Shown piece by piece: positions 1 to 10,161 of a DNA stretch of 64,000 nucleotides. Source of the DNA: Phycisphaerae bacterium (lineage in GTDB: Bacteria > Planctomycetota > Phycisphaerae > SM23-33); NCBI GenBank assembly GCA_016931655.1, contig JAFGEJ010000200.1:6015-70014 (forward strand), in the 5' to 3' direction. Every line of letters starts with the position of its first letter. Position 1 is the first letter of the stretch. Below the pieces are notes generated by a model, which was given only the letters and a program-made list of their open reading frames with translations, made no database searches and was not told where the DNA came from. A program made the translations under genes and the position numbers.

Positions 1-58
1 CCCAACGACCGATATACGAATTGCCGAGGAAGAAGCGGCAAAGGAAAAACCCGACTGG

Positions 59-3000
59 TTGACGGTATTTCGTCACCTGGGTACGGCCATTCGGAATTCG
101 CAGGACCAGGCCGCCGCGGATCTTCTGTTCCGGGAGGCGGAACTGCGTTTTGAGAGGCTTCGTCGGGATCTCGATTTAAGTCGTCCCCAGCAGGACGAAC
201 TACGGCAACGAGGCTGGCAGGCGCTGGAACAGGCCGTTCGCAAGGACGGACGGCATCTCAAGGCGCGGAAAATGCTTGCCGATTTGCGCGGGACCGTCGC
301 CCAGTACAATCCGGACAGTTCCAAGGCCTGGCTGGAATACATCGAGGAACTCGACGGCGTACTTGCCGTTGACCCTCAGGACGCCGCGATCTATTTCCGT
401 CGCGGACAGGCGTATGCGCACCTGGCGATGACGGACCCCCAGCAGCAGAACAAAGCCGTGGAGGATTTTCGCAAAGCCGTCGAACTGGACAAGACCAAGG
501 TGGAATACTGGGATGCCCTGGCGAGATACCTTGTGTCCATCGACCGCATTTCAGAGGCGGAACAAACCTTCCGGGAGGCGATTCAGGCCAACCCCAACAA
601 GGCGATGCTGCGCGTCAGTTACGCCCGGCTTCTTCGCGGACAAAAACGTCTGGAGGAAGCGAATAAACTCACCCAGGAGGCCATTCAATGCGAGCCATCC
701 AGCCCGTTGGGATATCTCGATCAGGCCGGTGACCTGATCCGCGGGAGGAAATTCGACCCGGCGGAAGAGGTTCTGGAAAAAGCCCGGCAGATTGACAAAA
801 CCGACCCGCAGGTCTACGCGCAGTTCGTTACCCTCTACAGGCTCAAAAAAGATCTCCCCGCCGCGGATCGTATCGTGCGCGAGGGCATCGCGGCGCTGGA
901 TCAAAAAGACGCGGAAGCCGAACCGGACGACAAAATGGCCGCTTTGCGTCGCGGACAGACCCGCGCGATACTGAATTACCTGCTGGCGGAAGTCCTGCTG
1001 GATCAATACGCCTTAAGCAAGGATGAGAAGGAAAAGGAAAAACTTCTTCAGGAGTCGAAAGAGCGCCTCGAAGTTCTTGAGACGCTCAGTCCGAACCAGT
1101 TGCAACAACATCAAATCGCCGGGCGCATTTCCTACTACGAGCAGAAATGGCCCGAAGCGAGGGAATCCCTGGAAAAAGTGGTGGAATATGACACCACACC
1201 ACGCACGGCGATGCTGCTGCTGAACGTCTATCGCCGACTTGGCATTCCCGGGCAAAGTGAAAAACTGGCGGAGAACTTTTTGAAGCGTCGTATTTCTCCC
1301 AGGGTGCGGTTGTTGTTTTTGTTGGAATTGGCGCAACTGCAACTCGATTTGAGGGAATACGATAAAGCACAGGAACTGGTCCACCAGGCGGAGAAGATCG
1401 ATTCCAAGAACGAAAACATTAAGAGATTGCAACAGGCGCTGAACGTCTATCGCGGGAAAACAACGGAAGTTCTTTCCGAGGAAGGCGACGCCGGCCGGGT
1501 GGCGCGCGCCATGCTCTTTCGGCGCGTCCAGGACCTGATATTGAACGACCAGTATGATCAGGCTGAAACGGTTCTGGAAACAATGCTTCAGCACAATCCG
1601 CACGATTTACAGGCGCTGGCACAATTGCTTGCACTGCTGATGGAGAGTCAGAAGCGAGACAAGGCCCTGGAGTGGTTGTCCAAGTCCAGGGCATTGGACC
1701 CGGAAAACGAAGACCTGAAGCGCTTTGAGGACCTGTTAAAAGAATCCTCGATGGAAAAACGGTATGCAATTGAAATGGGGTATGTAGATCGGGCGCCGAC
1801 GGAAGACAAGCTGAACAAAGCCCTGCAGAAATGGAACATTGCAAGGCGATATCGCCGGGAGGAAGACGCTCGAAACTATCTGGATGAAGCCGAAGCGATC
1901 GATCCCAACAATAGTATCGTGGTCAACCTTCGTTTCCGCCAGGCCCTGGCGGGAGAGAACTGGACGGCGGCGGAGGAACTGATCGAACGCATCCCGGAAG
2001 GAGAATCGGGGTATCTTCGGAATCTGCGACGTGCGGAACTGGCGATGGCTCGCGGAGAGGCGGAAACTGCCGGCAGGAAGAAAGAACAGGCAGACGCACA
2101 GTACACCAAGGCGCTGTCTTATCTCCAAAACGTGGTCGAAGCCGCCCCGCATCTGCCCGCCCCCCGCCTGCTGATGGCGGAATCCTATCTCCGGTTGGGC
2201 AAGCGAGAAGACGCACGAAAGCAGTTTCGGGAATGTTACGAAAACAATCGTCAAAATCTTCAAGCCGTTGTGGGTCTGGCCCAACTTGCTCAGGACACCG
2301 GACGTTACGCCGAACGAAACCGCTGGATCGAAGAGGCGTATCAGATTCCTTCCGGAAAGGCGGATCCCTATGTGCGCGAACAATATCTCCAAATCCTGGA
2401 ATCCGACCCCAAAAATCTGGGCGAAGTGATTCACAAACGCGAACAGGTTCTTAAGCATGATCCGGACAACCTGATCAACGCCTTCCGATTGGCGGCGGCG
2501 TATGAGAAATCCGGGCAGATCAATCGCGCGCAGGAAATGATCGAGTACCTTTATCAGCGCACGCCGAACAAAATAACAATCGCTCCGATGTTGGCGGACC
2601 TGTATCTGCGCATGAAACAGCCCCTCAAGGCGGATGAAATGTTCTCCGACCTTCTCAAGGACGCCAAAACCGCGGTGGAGAAAGCCGATATTCGAATCGC
2701 CTACGGGGACTTTCTCGCCCGAAACGATGAAGACGCCGCGGTGCGTATGTACGAAAAGGCCGTCGCCGAGGAAGGGGAAGACGGAACTCACGGATTACGG
2801 GCATTGTCGAATTTCCGGGCGGCTCAGGCGCAGTTTCTGGCGTCCCGGGGAAAAACCACCGAAAGCCAGACAAGGTGGAAAGAATCCATCGACCTGCTGC
2901 AGACCGTCATCAAACGATTGCAGAAAAGCGTGGATTCCCTGCAAGCCAAAGCCGACGGCGACCCGTCCAATTCGGCGGCGCAACAAAATCTTACGCGGGC

Positions 3001-4513
3001 ACAACAGGAACTTCAGCAAATGCGACTGGCTCTCCTGGGGCGGTATATCGATTCCGATCAGTACGACAATGCCGTTGCGGGTTATCAGAAGATGATTCAG
3101 GCCGATCCGGAGGACGCCCAGGCCCGGCTGGGGCTGGGGTTGGCGTATCTGGAGAATGACCAGCTCAATCAGGCCGAGGAACAGTTTACCGAGGCGATCA
3201 AAATCCAGTCGGATCTGCCCAACGCCTATCTACTTCGATCCCGCGTGTACCAGTCCAAAATGGAACTTTCCAGAGCCGCCGCGGATATTGCCGCCTGCGC
3301 GGACTTAACGGGGAACGTCGAACAAAAAATGGATTTGGCGAGAATTTACGAAGCCATGAACGATTTCCAGCAGGCCGGCCGAATCTATGACACGATTATT
3401 GCCGACAACCCCGAGTATTTTAACGCATATGAAAAACTGCTGAATCTGTTCCGCCAGCAGAAGCGATGGAGCGCCCTGGAAGCTCTGGCGAACAAGGGAA
3501 TGGACGTTTTTCCCGAAATTCCCGCGTTTGCCCTGCAACTGGCCGCCGCCGCGGAAGAACAAGGCGACAAGGATTCGCAGCGGCATTGGCTGGAGCGAGC
3601 GGCGGAAACAGCGCCCGATGCCATAAGTGTGGTGCGACGCTATTGGGTGCATCTTCTGGAGAACCGGGACTACATTCGGCTGCAGCGGGAGGCGCAGAAA
3701 TACGGCCGGCGACCGGCGCAGACCTTCGGCGCCCAGGCGGTTCTGGCCGCCGCCCAGGCCAAACAAAATCCCGGCGACGCCAAATCCTTCCAGGCGCTTC
3801 TGTCTCTCCTCCAGTCCGCGAAAAATTCCACGGATGTGTATTTTGTGGGACATCTGTTTGAAGAAGCTTACGGCTCGGCAAAGATCGCTTCGGCGTCTTC
3901 CGACATATTGAAGGCGAGACCCGAAGACTGGAATCTCCATGCTTTTCTTGGGGACGTATGCCTTCAGGAAAAACAGTACCGCCAGGCGGAGCGTTATTAT
4001 CAAGAGGCGTTGAAATTATGTAAAAACACGTCCGGCCAGATTACTCTGAATCTGCGTTTGGCACAATTGTATAGCAGCGAAGGCGCGTATCCCAAGGTTG
4101 AAGAGCAATACCTTGCCGTGTTGAAAAACAACCCCAACCACAGAATGGCACTGAACAATCTTGCGTATACATACATTGATCAGTTGAATCGTCCCGAAGA
4201 GGGGCTCAAACTGATCCAGCGGGTAATGAAAGCCACTCCCGGTGATCCGAACCTGGTGGACACCTATGCCTGGGCGCTGGTGAAACTGGAGCGGTTTGAA
4301 GAAGCCCGCGCGATGTTCGAAAAGGTGGTGGAAATCGGCGGCGCCGGCGGCGCCGAGCGGTTGTATCACATGGGATACGTTCTGGAAAAAACCGATTCCC
4401 CACGGGAAGCGGAAAGATATTACCGGCAGGCGCTGGAAGTCGCCCGCGCCCAGAAAAACGTGGAACTTCAGGCGACGATTGAAACCGCCATGGCGAGAGT
4501 CGAGCGGAAATGA
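59..4513 (+). CDS. Very large TPR-repeat protein (over 1480 aa). First in-window start is TTG at 59, but the frame stays open back to nt 2, so the gene may be 5'-partial.
   Basis: Single 4.4-kb ORF whose translation is a long run of TPR-like helical repeats (the track sequence reads like many ~34-aa A/L/Y-rich helical repeats, which I did not enumerate). There is no in-frame stop upstream of 59. Its stop is 17 nt before the next gene, which has AAGGAG ahead of it. Confidence 0.75.
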   Translation: MTVFRHLGTAIRNSQDQAAADLLFREAELRFERLRRDLDLSRPQQDELRQRGWQALEQAVRKDGRHLKARKMLADLRGTVAQYNPDSSKAWLEYIEELDGVLAVDPQDAAIYFRRGQAYAHLAMTDPQQQNKAVEDFRKAVELDKTKVEYWDALARYLVSIDRISEAEQTFREAIQANPNKAMLRVSYARLLRGQKRLEEANKLTQEAIQCEPSSPLGYLDQAGDLIRGRKFDPAEEVLEKARQIDKTDPQVYAQFVTLYRLKKDLPAADRIVREGIAALDQKDAEAEPDDKMAALRRGQTRAILNYLLAEVLLDQYALSKDEKEKEKLLQESKERLEVLETLSPNQLQQHQIAGRISYYEQKWPEARESLEKVVEYDTTPRTAMLLLNVYRRLGIPGQSEKLAENFLKRRISPRVRLLFLLELAQLQLDLREYDKAQELVHQAEKIDSKNENIKRLQQALNVYRGKTTEVLSEEGDAGRVARAMLFRRVQDLILNDQYDQAETVLETMLQHNPHDLQALAQLLALLMESQKRDKALEWLSKSRALDPENEDLKRFEDLLKESSMEKRYAIEMGYVDRAPTEDKLNKALQKWNIARRYRREEDARNYLDEAEAIDPNNSIVVNLRFRQALAGENWTAAEELIERIPEGESGYLRNLRRAELAMARGEAETAGRKKEQADAQYTKALSYLQNVVEAAPHLPAPRLLMAESYLRLGKREDARKQFRECYENNRQNLQAVVGLAQLAQDTGRYAERNRWIEEAYQIPSGKADPYVREQYLQILESDPKNLGEVIHKREQVLKHDPDNLINAFRLAAAYEKSGQINRAQEMIEYLYQRTPNKITIAPMLADLYLRMKQPLKADEMFSDLLKDAKTAVEKADIRIAYGDFLARNDEDAAVRMYEKAVAEEGEDGTHGLRALSNFRAAQAQFLASRGKTTESQTRWKESIDLLQTVIKRLQKSVDSLQAKADGDPSNSAAQQNLTRAQQELQQMRLALLGRYIDSDQYDNAVAGYQKMIQADPEDAQARLGLGLAYLENDQLNQAEEQFTEAIKIQSDLPNAYLLRSRVYQSKMELSRAAADIAACADLTGNVEQKMDLARIYEAMNDFQQAGRIYDTIIADNPEYFNAYEKLLNLFRQQKRWSALEALANKGMDVFPEIPAFALQLAAAAEEQGDKDSQRHWLERAAETAPDAISVVRRYWVHLLENRDYIRLQREAQKYGRRPAQTFGAQAVLAAAQAKQNPGDAKSFQALLSLLQSAKNSTDVYFVGHLFEEAYGSAKIASASSDILKARPEDWNLHAFLGDVCLQEKQYRQAERYYQEALKLCKNTSGQITLNLRLAQLYSSEGAYPKVEEQYLAVLKNNPNHRMALNNLAYTYIDQLNRPEEGLKLIQRVMKATPGDPNLVDTYAWALVKLERFEEARAMFEKVVEIGGAGGAERLYHMGYVLEKTDSPREAERYYRQALEVARAQKNVELQATIETAMARVERK

Positions 4514-4529
4514 GGCAAGGAGTAGTCGT

Positions 4530-6791
4530 ATGAGTCTGGTGCCGACCCGAAAAGAGACGCCACAGATCGTTCCGGCCGGGCGGGGTGTGCCGCTTTCCGC
4601 GGGGCCCCGGGCGCCGGGTCCCTCCGCGCCGGCCGGCGGAGGCGCCGGGATCACCGGAAAAGACATTCTTCGAATGCTTCGCCGGCGCAAGTGGATGATC
4701 ATTCTCTCGGTGTTCATTTTTACCGTGGCGGCAGGCGTCTCAACGTGGTTGTGGCTGATGTATGCGCCGTTGTACACCTCCAGCGCGTTTTTAAAGGTCA
4801 ATCCCCCCAAGGCCTCGGAAATGCACGCGGGGAATCAGTTTTTGGGCGAGGACATCATGGAGCGTCTGATGATGACGTATGCCCAGGCGTCGGCATCGGA
4901 AAAGGTGCTTGGCGAGGCGGCCAAGGCGCTCATTCACACGCACTGGTACAGTGAAGCCAACCAGGCCGGGTCCGACCCCGTGCAGGTGCTGATGAAGGAA
5001 GTCAGCATCGGCATGGTACCCAAAACCAGTCTGCTTCGCGTATCCATGACCGGCCAGGATCGAAATGAAATTACGGAAATTGTCAACGCCGTTGCCACCG
5101 CGGCGGAAAAAGACTCCCAAACGGATGCCGGTGACGCGCATAACCAGGCGATCCTTCGAATACAAGCCGAAAGAAAGAGCATGGAAAATGTTCGCGACGA
5201 AAACGCGAATAAAATCCAGGCTCTGCAGGAACGAGGTCTGGGCGGCGAAGCCGTCGAATCCCGGGCGACCATTGCCTACAAACAAGGAGCATATGTATCA
5301 ACGCTCTCTCAACTGACGGAAGAATTCAAGCAGGTGGCGAAGGCCTGGGACAACATCAAAGGATTGACGGATGAAGAATTGGCCCAGCAGCCGGAAGTGC
5401 AGCAAATGCTGAACGCAGACCCGGAACTGCAACAGCTTCGCTATCGTGTTTTGGGTTTGAAAATTGATCTGGCCGCGATGAAAGATCGTTTCGGTCCGAA
5501 CCACAAATCCATCATCCGACTGGAAACAGCCTTAAGCAGTGCTCAGGAGTTACTGGAACAAAAGAAACAGGAATTGACTCAGCAGAATGTCCAACAACTC
5601 AAAATTCTGCGAGAAAACGATTTTCTGCAGAGGCAGGAAGCGATCATCGAGCTGGGCAACAAGATTAAAGACCTGGACGAGAAACTCAAAACCCTGGAAA
5701 AACAGGAAAATGAGTTACTCCGCGCCAAGGAAAACGAAGACGCCGCCGAGGAAAGCATCGCCGAAATGGATGCGCGCCTCATGGACCTGCGCATGTTGAT
5801 GCAGGGGGAACGACCACTGGTGCTGTATCGTCGCGCCATGCCCCCGCGGGAACCCTCCACGCCGAAATATATCATCATGATCCCCGCCGGTGTAATGCTG
5901 GGGCTGGTTCTGGGCGTTGGGTTGGCGTTTCTGCTGGAGTTCCTCGACACGTCCATCAAGGCTCCCTCGGACGTTTCGCGGCGGGTGGACCTGCCCCTGT
6001 TGGGCATGATCCCGCACCTGGACGACGTCGAGGAAGACATCGAGGACATGCGCCTGGCGTTCCTGACGAATCCCAAAGCCATCATTTCCGAAGCCTTTCG
6101 CCAGACCCGAACCACCCTGATGTTCAGTGGGACGGCCGAGCAGCGCAAAAGCATCCTGATCTCCAGCGCCATGCCCGAAGACGGGCGCACGACGGTGGCG
6201 CTGAATCTCGCTCACGCCATTGTCTCCGGCGGGAAAAAGGTGCTCGTGGTGGACGCCAATTTCCGCCAGCCCATGATCCGAACGCTGTTTCCCCAGTGTC
6301 CTGACGGCGGCCTTTCCACCGCCCTGGTCGGACAGGCCGACTGGCGCAGTCTGGTGCACGAGGTGGAAGAGAACCTGTACGTGATGGCGTCGGGTCCTCA
6401 GCCGCCGAATCCCGCCGACCTGCTCGGATCCGGCCAGATGCGCAGGCAGATCGAGGAATTCTGCGAGGAATACGACCAGATCCTTTTTGACAGCAGCCCG
6501 TGTCTCGTTGTTTCCGACGCGGTGACTCTCAGTACCATGGTGGAAGGCGCGATCCTCGTGGTCCGGGCGGGCGTCAATACATATGGCATCGTCCAGCGGG
6601 CGCGCGACATGATTACCCGTCTGGGTACGCCGATTTTCGGCGTGATCTTGAACGGCGTGCGCGTCACCGCCGGCGGGTACCTGCGAAAGAACTACGAAAC
6701 GTTCTACGAGTATCGCGAGCAGCCCAAACTCGCCGCCGCGGAGGTTGGCGCCGATACGACGGCGACAGAGACCGCCGAGGAAGAGGAATAA
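4530..6791 (+). CDS. Polysaccharide co-polymerase / tyrosine autokinase (Wzc/GumC-like BY-kinase) with an N-terminal transmembrane domain and a C-terminal P-loop kinase
   Basis: ATG at 4530 is preceded by AAGGAG. The track ORF 4296..6791 overlaps the TPR gene and its real start is internal. TM helix WMIILSVFIFTVAAGVSTWLWLM, then long coiled-coil. Walker-A-like ISSAMPEDGRTTVALNLAHAIVSGGKKVLVVDANFRQP and a DxxP-like FDSSPCLVVSDAV motif. C-terminal Tyr cluster YLRKNYETFYEY. Confidence 0.75.
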   Translation: MSLVPTRKETPQIVPAGRGVPLSAGPRAPGPSAPAGGGAGITGKDILRMLRRRKWMIILSVFIFTVAAGVSTWLWLMYAPLYTSSAFLKVNPPKASEMHAGNQFLGEDIMERLMMTYAQASASEKVLGEAAKALIHTHWYSEANQAGSDPVQVLMKEVSIGMVPKTSLLRVSMTGQDRNEITEIVNAVATAAEKDSQTDAGDAHNQAILRIQAERKSMENVRDENANKIQALQERGLGGEAVESRATIAYKQGAYVSTLSQLTEEFKQVAKAWDNIKGLTDEELAQQPEVQQMLNADPELQQLRYRVLGLKIDLAAMKDRFGPNHKSIIRLETALSSAQELLEQKKQELTQQNVQQLKILRENDFLQRQEAIIELGNKIKDLDEKLKTLEKQENELLRAKENEDAAEESIAEMDARLMDLRMLMQGERPLVLYRRAMPPREPSTPKYIIMIPAGVMLGLVLGVGLAFLLEFLDTSIKAPSDVSRRVDLPLLGMIPHLDDVEEDIEDMRLAFLTNPKAIISEAFRQTRTTLMFSGTAEQRKSILISSAMPEDGRTTVALNLAHAIVSGGKKVLVVDANFRQPMIRTLFPQCPDGGLSTALVGQADWRSLVHEVEENLYVMASGPQPPNPADLLGSGQMRRQIEEFCEEYDQILFDSSPCLVVSDAVTLSTMVEGAILVVRAGVNTYGIVQRARDMITRLGTPIFGVILNGVRVTAGGYLRKNYETFYEYREQPKLAAAEVGADTTATETAEEEE

Positions 6792-6865
6792 ACCGAACGT
6801 CCGATGCTTCCACGCGATGCTATGGCGGGACAAAGCGGCGTTGCGTATAATCTCTTCTCCGAATC

Positions 6866-6937
6866 GCCGGCGTAGCTCAACGGTAGAGCACAGCTTTTGT
6901 AAAGCTGGGGTTGTGGGTTCGATTCCCTCCGCCGGCT
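6866..6937 (+). tRNA. tRNA-Thr (anticodon UGU)
   Basis: Manual fold. Acceptor GCCGGCG/CGCCGGC, D-arm GCTC-AACGGTA-GAGC, anticodon stem CAGCT/AGCTG with loop TTTGTAA (U33, UGU, A37), T-loop TTCGATT. One U-U mismatch in the T-stem. No encoded CCA. Confidence 0.8.
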
Positions 6938-6974
6938 ATTCCCCTTTTTTGCTTTTGGTTCCCCGCGTTTTGCC

Positions 6975-7904
6975 TTACCGCGCTGGTGCGGAGGCGGGCG
7001 CGGCGGCGCGAAGAGTCGGCAGTTGCAGGAAGTTTTCGGCAAACCAGTTTGCCCCCAGCAGGAGGATGGTGGAATGGCCGGCGGCGGGGAGGGAAATAAG
7101 CTTCTTCGGCCCGGGCGCCGCGGCGTGGAGGCTTTTGCCGTTTTCGTAGGGCACGATGGAATCCAGCATGCCGTGAACGAGGATGATCGGGCATTGCAAT
7201 TTTCGGGCGGCGGCCAGCACGTCCGTCTCGGCGGGATCGAACCCCGCGATTCGGCCGGCCTCTCGCCAGGCGGCCTGGAAAGCTTCCTCGTTGTCAAAGG
7301 GTAAAAGGGCGCGTGTGATCTCGCGTCCGTCGCGATAGGGCGCCACGGCAAAGACGCCCCGGCATCGCGGGTCCAGCGCGCCATACAGAATGGCGGTCGC
7401 CCCGCCCATCGAAACGCCCCAGACGTATATCGGCTCGGCGGAGAGCTTCTCCGCCAGCATCGCGTCCACAACGGCGATCACGTCGCGGGATTCCTTCGCG
7501 CCCCACGTGACGTATTGTCCCGTACTCGCGCCGTGGGCGCGGTGATCGGGCAGAATCACGTCAAAGCCCTTTTCCGCCAGCGCCTCGCCCACGCCGAGGT
7601 TCTGGGCCTTGCTGTTGAGCCAGCCGTGCAGGACGACCACCGTGCCCCGGGCCTTGGCCCGGCCTCGATGGCGAATCACCCACACGTCGATCTCCACGCC
7701 GTCGTCGGCCTTGACGCGACGGTGGGCGTCGATGCGACCCTTACGAACAAGATCCTCCGGCTTACCAAGCAGCGCCAGGGATATCCTGCCGCTGGAAGTG
7801 TTGTGTCGTAGAATTTTCTGCGCGTCGTGTTCCTTGCCGCAGCCGGTGCAGCCACACACCACCGTCAACAGACACACCCCAAAAATGTATCGCAACCCTT
7901 TCAC
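6975..7904 (-). CDS. Alpha/beta-hydrolase-fold lipoprotein
   Basis: Probable GTG start at 7904 giving VKGLRYIFGVCLLTVVCGC, a lipobox signal peptide. The long N-terminal extension of track ORF 6975..8213 was rejected. Motifs VVVLHGW, GVSMGG (nucleophile elbow GxSxG) and HGMLD. Paralogous to the next gene. Confidence 0.65.
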   Translation of the reverse strand: MKGLRYIFGVCLLTVVCGCTGCGKEHDAQKILRHNTSSGRISLALLGKPEDLVRKGRIDAHRRVKADDGVEIDVWVIRHRGRAKARGTVVVLHGWLNSKAQNLGVGEALAEKGFDVILPDHRAHGASTGQYVTWGAKESRDVIAVVDAMLAEKLSAEPIYVWGVSMGGATAILYGALDPRCRGVFAVAPYRDGREITRALLPFDNEEAFQAAWREAGRIAGFDPAETDVLAAARKLQCPIILVHGMLDSIVPYENGKSLHAAAPGPKKLISLPAAGHSTILLLGANWFAENFLQLPTLRAAAPASAPAR

Positions 7905-7972
7905 GCGAAAAAAGCGATAGGCTGAAAATGTGGCGAAGCGAGCGCTTCGCCACACAATTTTTTTGTGCGTCG

Positions 7973-8923
7973 TCACTTTGCCGGCTGGGTTGTCGGTGTG
8001 GCGGAGGCTTTGGGTTTGATTTTTCCCTTGGCCAGCATATCCGCCTGGTCCGCCAGCCACTGTTCCCAGATGAGCATCAGCGTTACCTGTTCCGGGCCGG
8101 GCGTGATAACGTGAAGGCGTTTGGGTTCGTTGGCGGCGTTGAACAGGGCCTGGCTTTCTTCCACGGGCACGCCGGAAAGGTCCAGCAGGCCGTGGATGAG
8201 ATACACGTCGCACCGGAGTTTGGGAATGTCCAGCAGGGCGCTGGTGGTCATCGGGTCGAAATCGGCAAGTTTGCCCGCTTCCTGGAGGGCCGATTCGAGT
8301 TTCTTTTTATCGGCCAGCAATCCCAGGTCGCGTTGGGCCTTGCTGACGGTATCCTTCCAGGCCGCCACCGCCAGCACGCCGCGGACCTTTGGCTCGACGG
8401 CGGCGTACTGGATGGCCGTCGCCCCGCCGAACGACACCCCGCAGACGTATAACGGTTCAGGCGTAATCGCCCCTTCCTTCGCCAGGGCGTCCACGACGGT
8501 CTTGACGTCCTGTTTTTCCTTCGCACCGCAGGTGATGTACTTGCCGGTACTTCGGCCGTGCATGCGCAGGTCGATCAGCACAACGTCGTAGCCCATTTTC
8601 GAGAGGTTTGTCGCGACGGTGAAATAGTTGGCCTTGCTCTCACCCAGCCCGTGCAGCACGATGATCGTGCCCAGGGGTTTGGGGGCGTCCGGGCCGGTTT
8701 TGGCTTTGAGAACCCACGCGTCGATCAGTGTTTCGTCGGGCATGGTAAACGCCCGGGCCTGGTCGATCTTCTTTCGCGCCGCGAGCTGCTCACCCGAGCC
8801 GACGAGTTCCATGGTGATCTGGTTCGGTCCGCTCGTGCCGCCGGTAACGATTTGTTTGCCCTCGCAGCCGATCCCAGCCGCCAGCAGGATGCATCCGCCC
8901 AGCAGAGAAATGATTCGTTTCAT
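7973..8923 (-). CDS. Alpha/beta-hydrolase-fold lipoprotein, tandem paralog of the previous gene
   Basis: Internal ATG at 8923 with GGAG upstream gives MKRIISLLGGCILLAAGIGC, a lipobox. Motifs IIVLHGL, GVSFGG and HGLLD are collinear with gene 6975..7904. Confidence 0.7.
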   Translation of the reverse strand: MKRIISLLGGCILLAAGIGCEGKQIVTGGTSGPNQITMELVGSGEQLAARKKIDQARAFTMPDETLIDAWVLKAKTGPDAPKPLGTIIVLHGLGESKANYFTVATNLSKMGYDVVLIDLRMHGRSTGKYITCGAKEKQDVKTVVDALAKEGAITPEPLYVCGVSFGGATAIQYAAVEPKVRGVLAVAAWKDTVSKAQRDLGLLADKKKLESALQEAGKLADFDPMTTSALLDIPKLRCDVYLIHGLLDLSGVPVEESQALFNAANEPKRLHVITPGPEQVTLMLIWEQWLADQADMLAKGKIKPKASATPTTQPAK

Positions 8924-9024
8924 GCTTCCTTCTCCATAAGGCCTTGCGGGATTTCCGTTCACTCCGGTAGTAAACGCCATTTCCCGCCGAAAAGAAAGCA
9001 TTTTTTCGGGACGCGGAGAGGTAA

Positions 9025-9165
9025 TGAGCGACCGGATTTTCTGTCACGACAATACGTCGAGAAAATCCGACACCCCTTGGGGGCAGGCTCCGTTCCTGAG
9101 AGACAGAGAAGATATAGAGGAGGGAAAAAATAAAAAATCTTCTCAGTTCCTCAGTTTCTCTGTGT
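9025..9165. repeat. About 140-bp intergenic repeat, copy 1 of 2 (second copy at 15054..15196)
   Basis: Shared sequence TGAGCGACCGGA(T/C)TTT...GAAAATCCGACACCCCTTGGGGGCAGGCTCCGTTCCTGAGAGACAGAGAAGATATAGA...AAATCTTCTCAGTTCCTCAGTTTCTCTGTGT, near-identical in both copies. Contains a short GAGAAGAT / ATCTTCTC inverted repeat. Confidence 0.8.
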
Positions 9166-9319
9166 AGGATTTTATCCGGCCATGGGGTTTGGGGCGATTA
9201 CGGAATTACCGCCAGAAAAAATGTCATATACAGGAATAGAAAAAGGGCGTCGCGGCCATGGATGCCTGGCGCGACGCCCCGGGCGGACCCTCCGTCCCAA
9301 CTGCACGTGTTCTGCATCC

Positions 9320-9850
9320 CTACGTTTGCCCCATTCCGAGGGACAGAAGAACCGTTTCCTCTTCCCTGGCAGATGGGGGCTTGGGCGGCTTGTCTTCCTT
9401 CTTTTTGGGCGGCGTGTCCGCTTCTTCCAATTCTTCGCTGATGTGCAGCCGCCACTGATTCAGCAGCACCGCCAGTTCGCGGGGTTTCATGCCGTAATTG
9501 TCCGGCAGGTAGTGCACCTGCATCACGCGGTTGCCGTTGAGCATGTAGTACACCCCCAATTGCCCCGTGATTCGCCGATCGGCCCAGAATTTCTGGATGT
9601 CGTCCCAGTGGTAGTGGGAGCTCTTGAACAGGTGGCGGATGGTCAGGGCGTCCTCGTCGAACTGGAGATAGGAAGAGCTGGGCAGCAGCCAGAGCAGGAG
9701 GATCATGACCAGCAGGATGCACGCCACCGTCAGGGGCCAGGCCGAGACGGTATGAAACTCCCGGATCGACCAGAGGCCGAAGGCGACAAACAGGAGGGCG
9801 AAGAGAATCAGGATCCAGGTGTAGGTCTTCTGCGGACGGAGGATTTTCAT
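9320..9850 (-). CDS. Small membrane protein with 2 TM helices and a PH-like C-terminal domain
   Basis: ATG at 9850 preceded by AAGGAG. MKILRPQKTYTWILILFALLFVAFGLW, then a second TM, then a soluble domain and a K/P-rich tail. The longer track ORF start at 10078 was rejected. Confidence 0.55.
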   Translation of the reverse strand: MKILRPQKTYTWILILFALLFVAFGLWSIREFHTVSAWPLTVACILLVMILLLWLLPSSSYLQFDEDALTIRHLFKSSHYHWDDIQKFWADRRITGQLGVYYMLNGNRVMQVHYLPDNYGMKPRELAVLLNQWRLHISEELEEADTPPKKKEDKPPKPPSAREEETVLLSLGMGQT

Positions 9851-10074
9851 AATACGTCTCCTTTGTGTGAGAGGGTCACGTGCAATTTCAGGCGCCCTCG
9901 TGTGTGTATGGCGTGGGCCGGCACATACAAAATACGCGGAGAGCCGTCGCCCCCGTTTCGGAGTCCCCCACGGCGGCTCCCCATAGTCTTTCATAGGATT
10001 TCTCGCCGCCGGGGAGAGGATTTTTGCGAAGTTTTTTTTGAGGGGGAGGCAGATTAATCCGAAATTTTCATTGA

Positions 10075-10154
<80 letters not shown>

Positions 10155-10161
10155 ATCCGGG

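Noticed and set aside
1736-2791. 351-aa minus-strand ORF (and several 60-230-aa ORFs) inside the TPR gene
   Set aside because: It is antisense to a long coherent TPR reading frame. Arg/Pro/Gly-rich translations of this kind are typical of spurious ORFs in high-GC DNA.
5715-6833. 372-aa minus-strand ORF opposite the Wzc-like kinase gene
   Set aside because: Antisense artefact with no recognisable motifs. The plus-strand frame has Walker and TM features.
6975-8213. Long N-terminal extensions of the two alpha/beta-hydrolase ORFs (to 8213 and 9001)
   Set aside because: The lipoprotein signal peptides and paralog alignment begin at internal GTG/ATG codons (7904, 8923). The extensions are low-complexity Arg/Pro-rich.
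9182-10057. 291-aa plus-strand ORF
   Set aside because: Antisense to the SD-supported small membrane protein gene and overlaps a repeat. No motifs.
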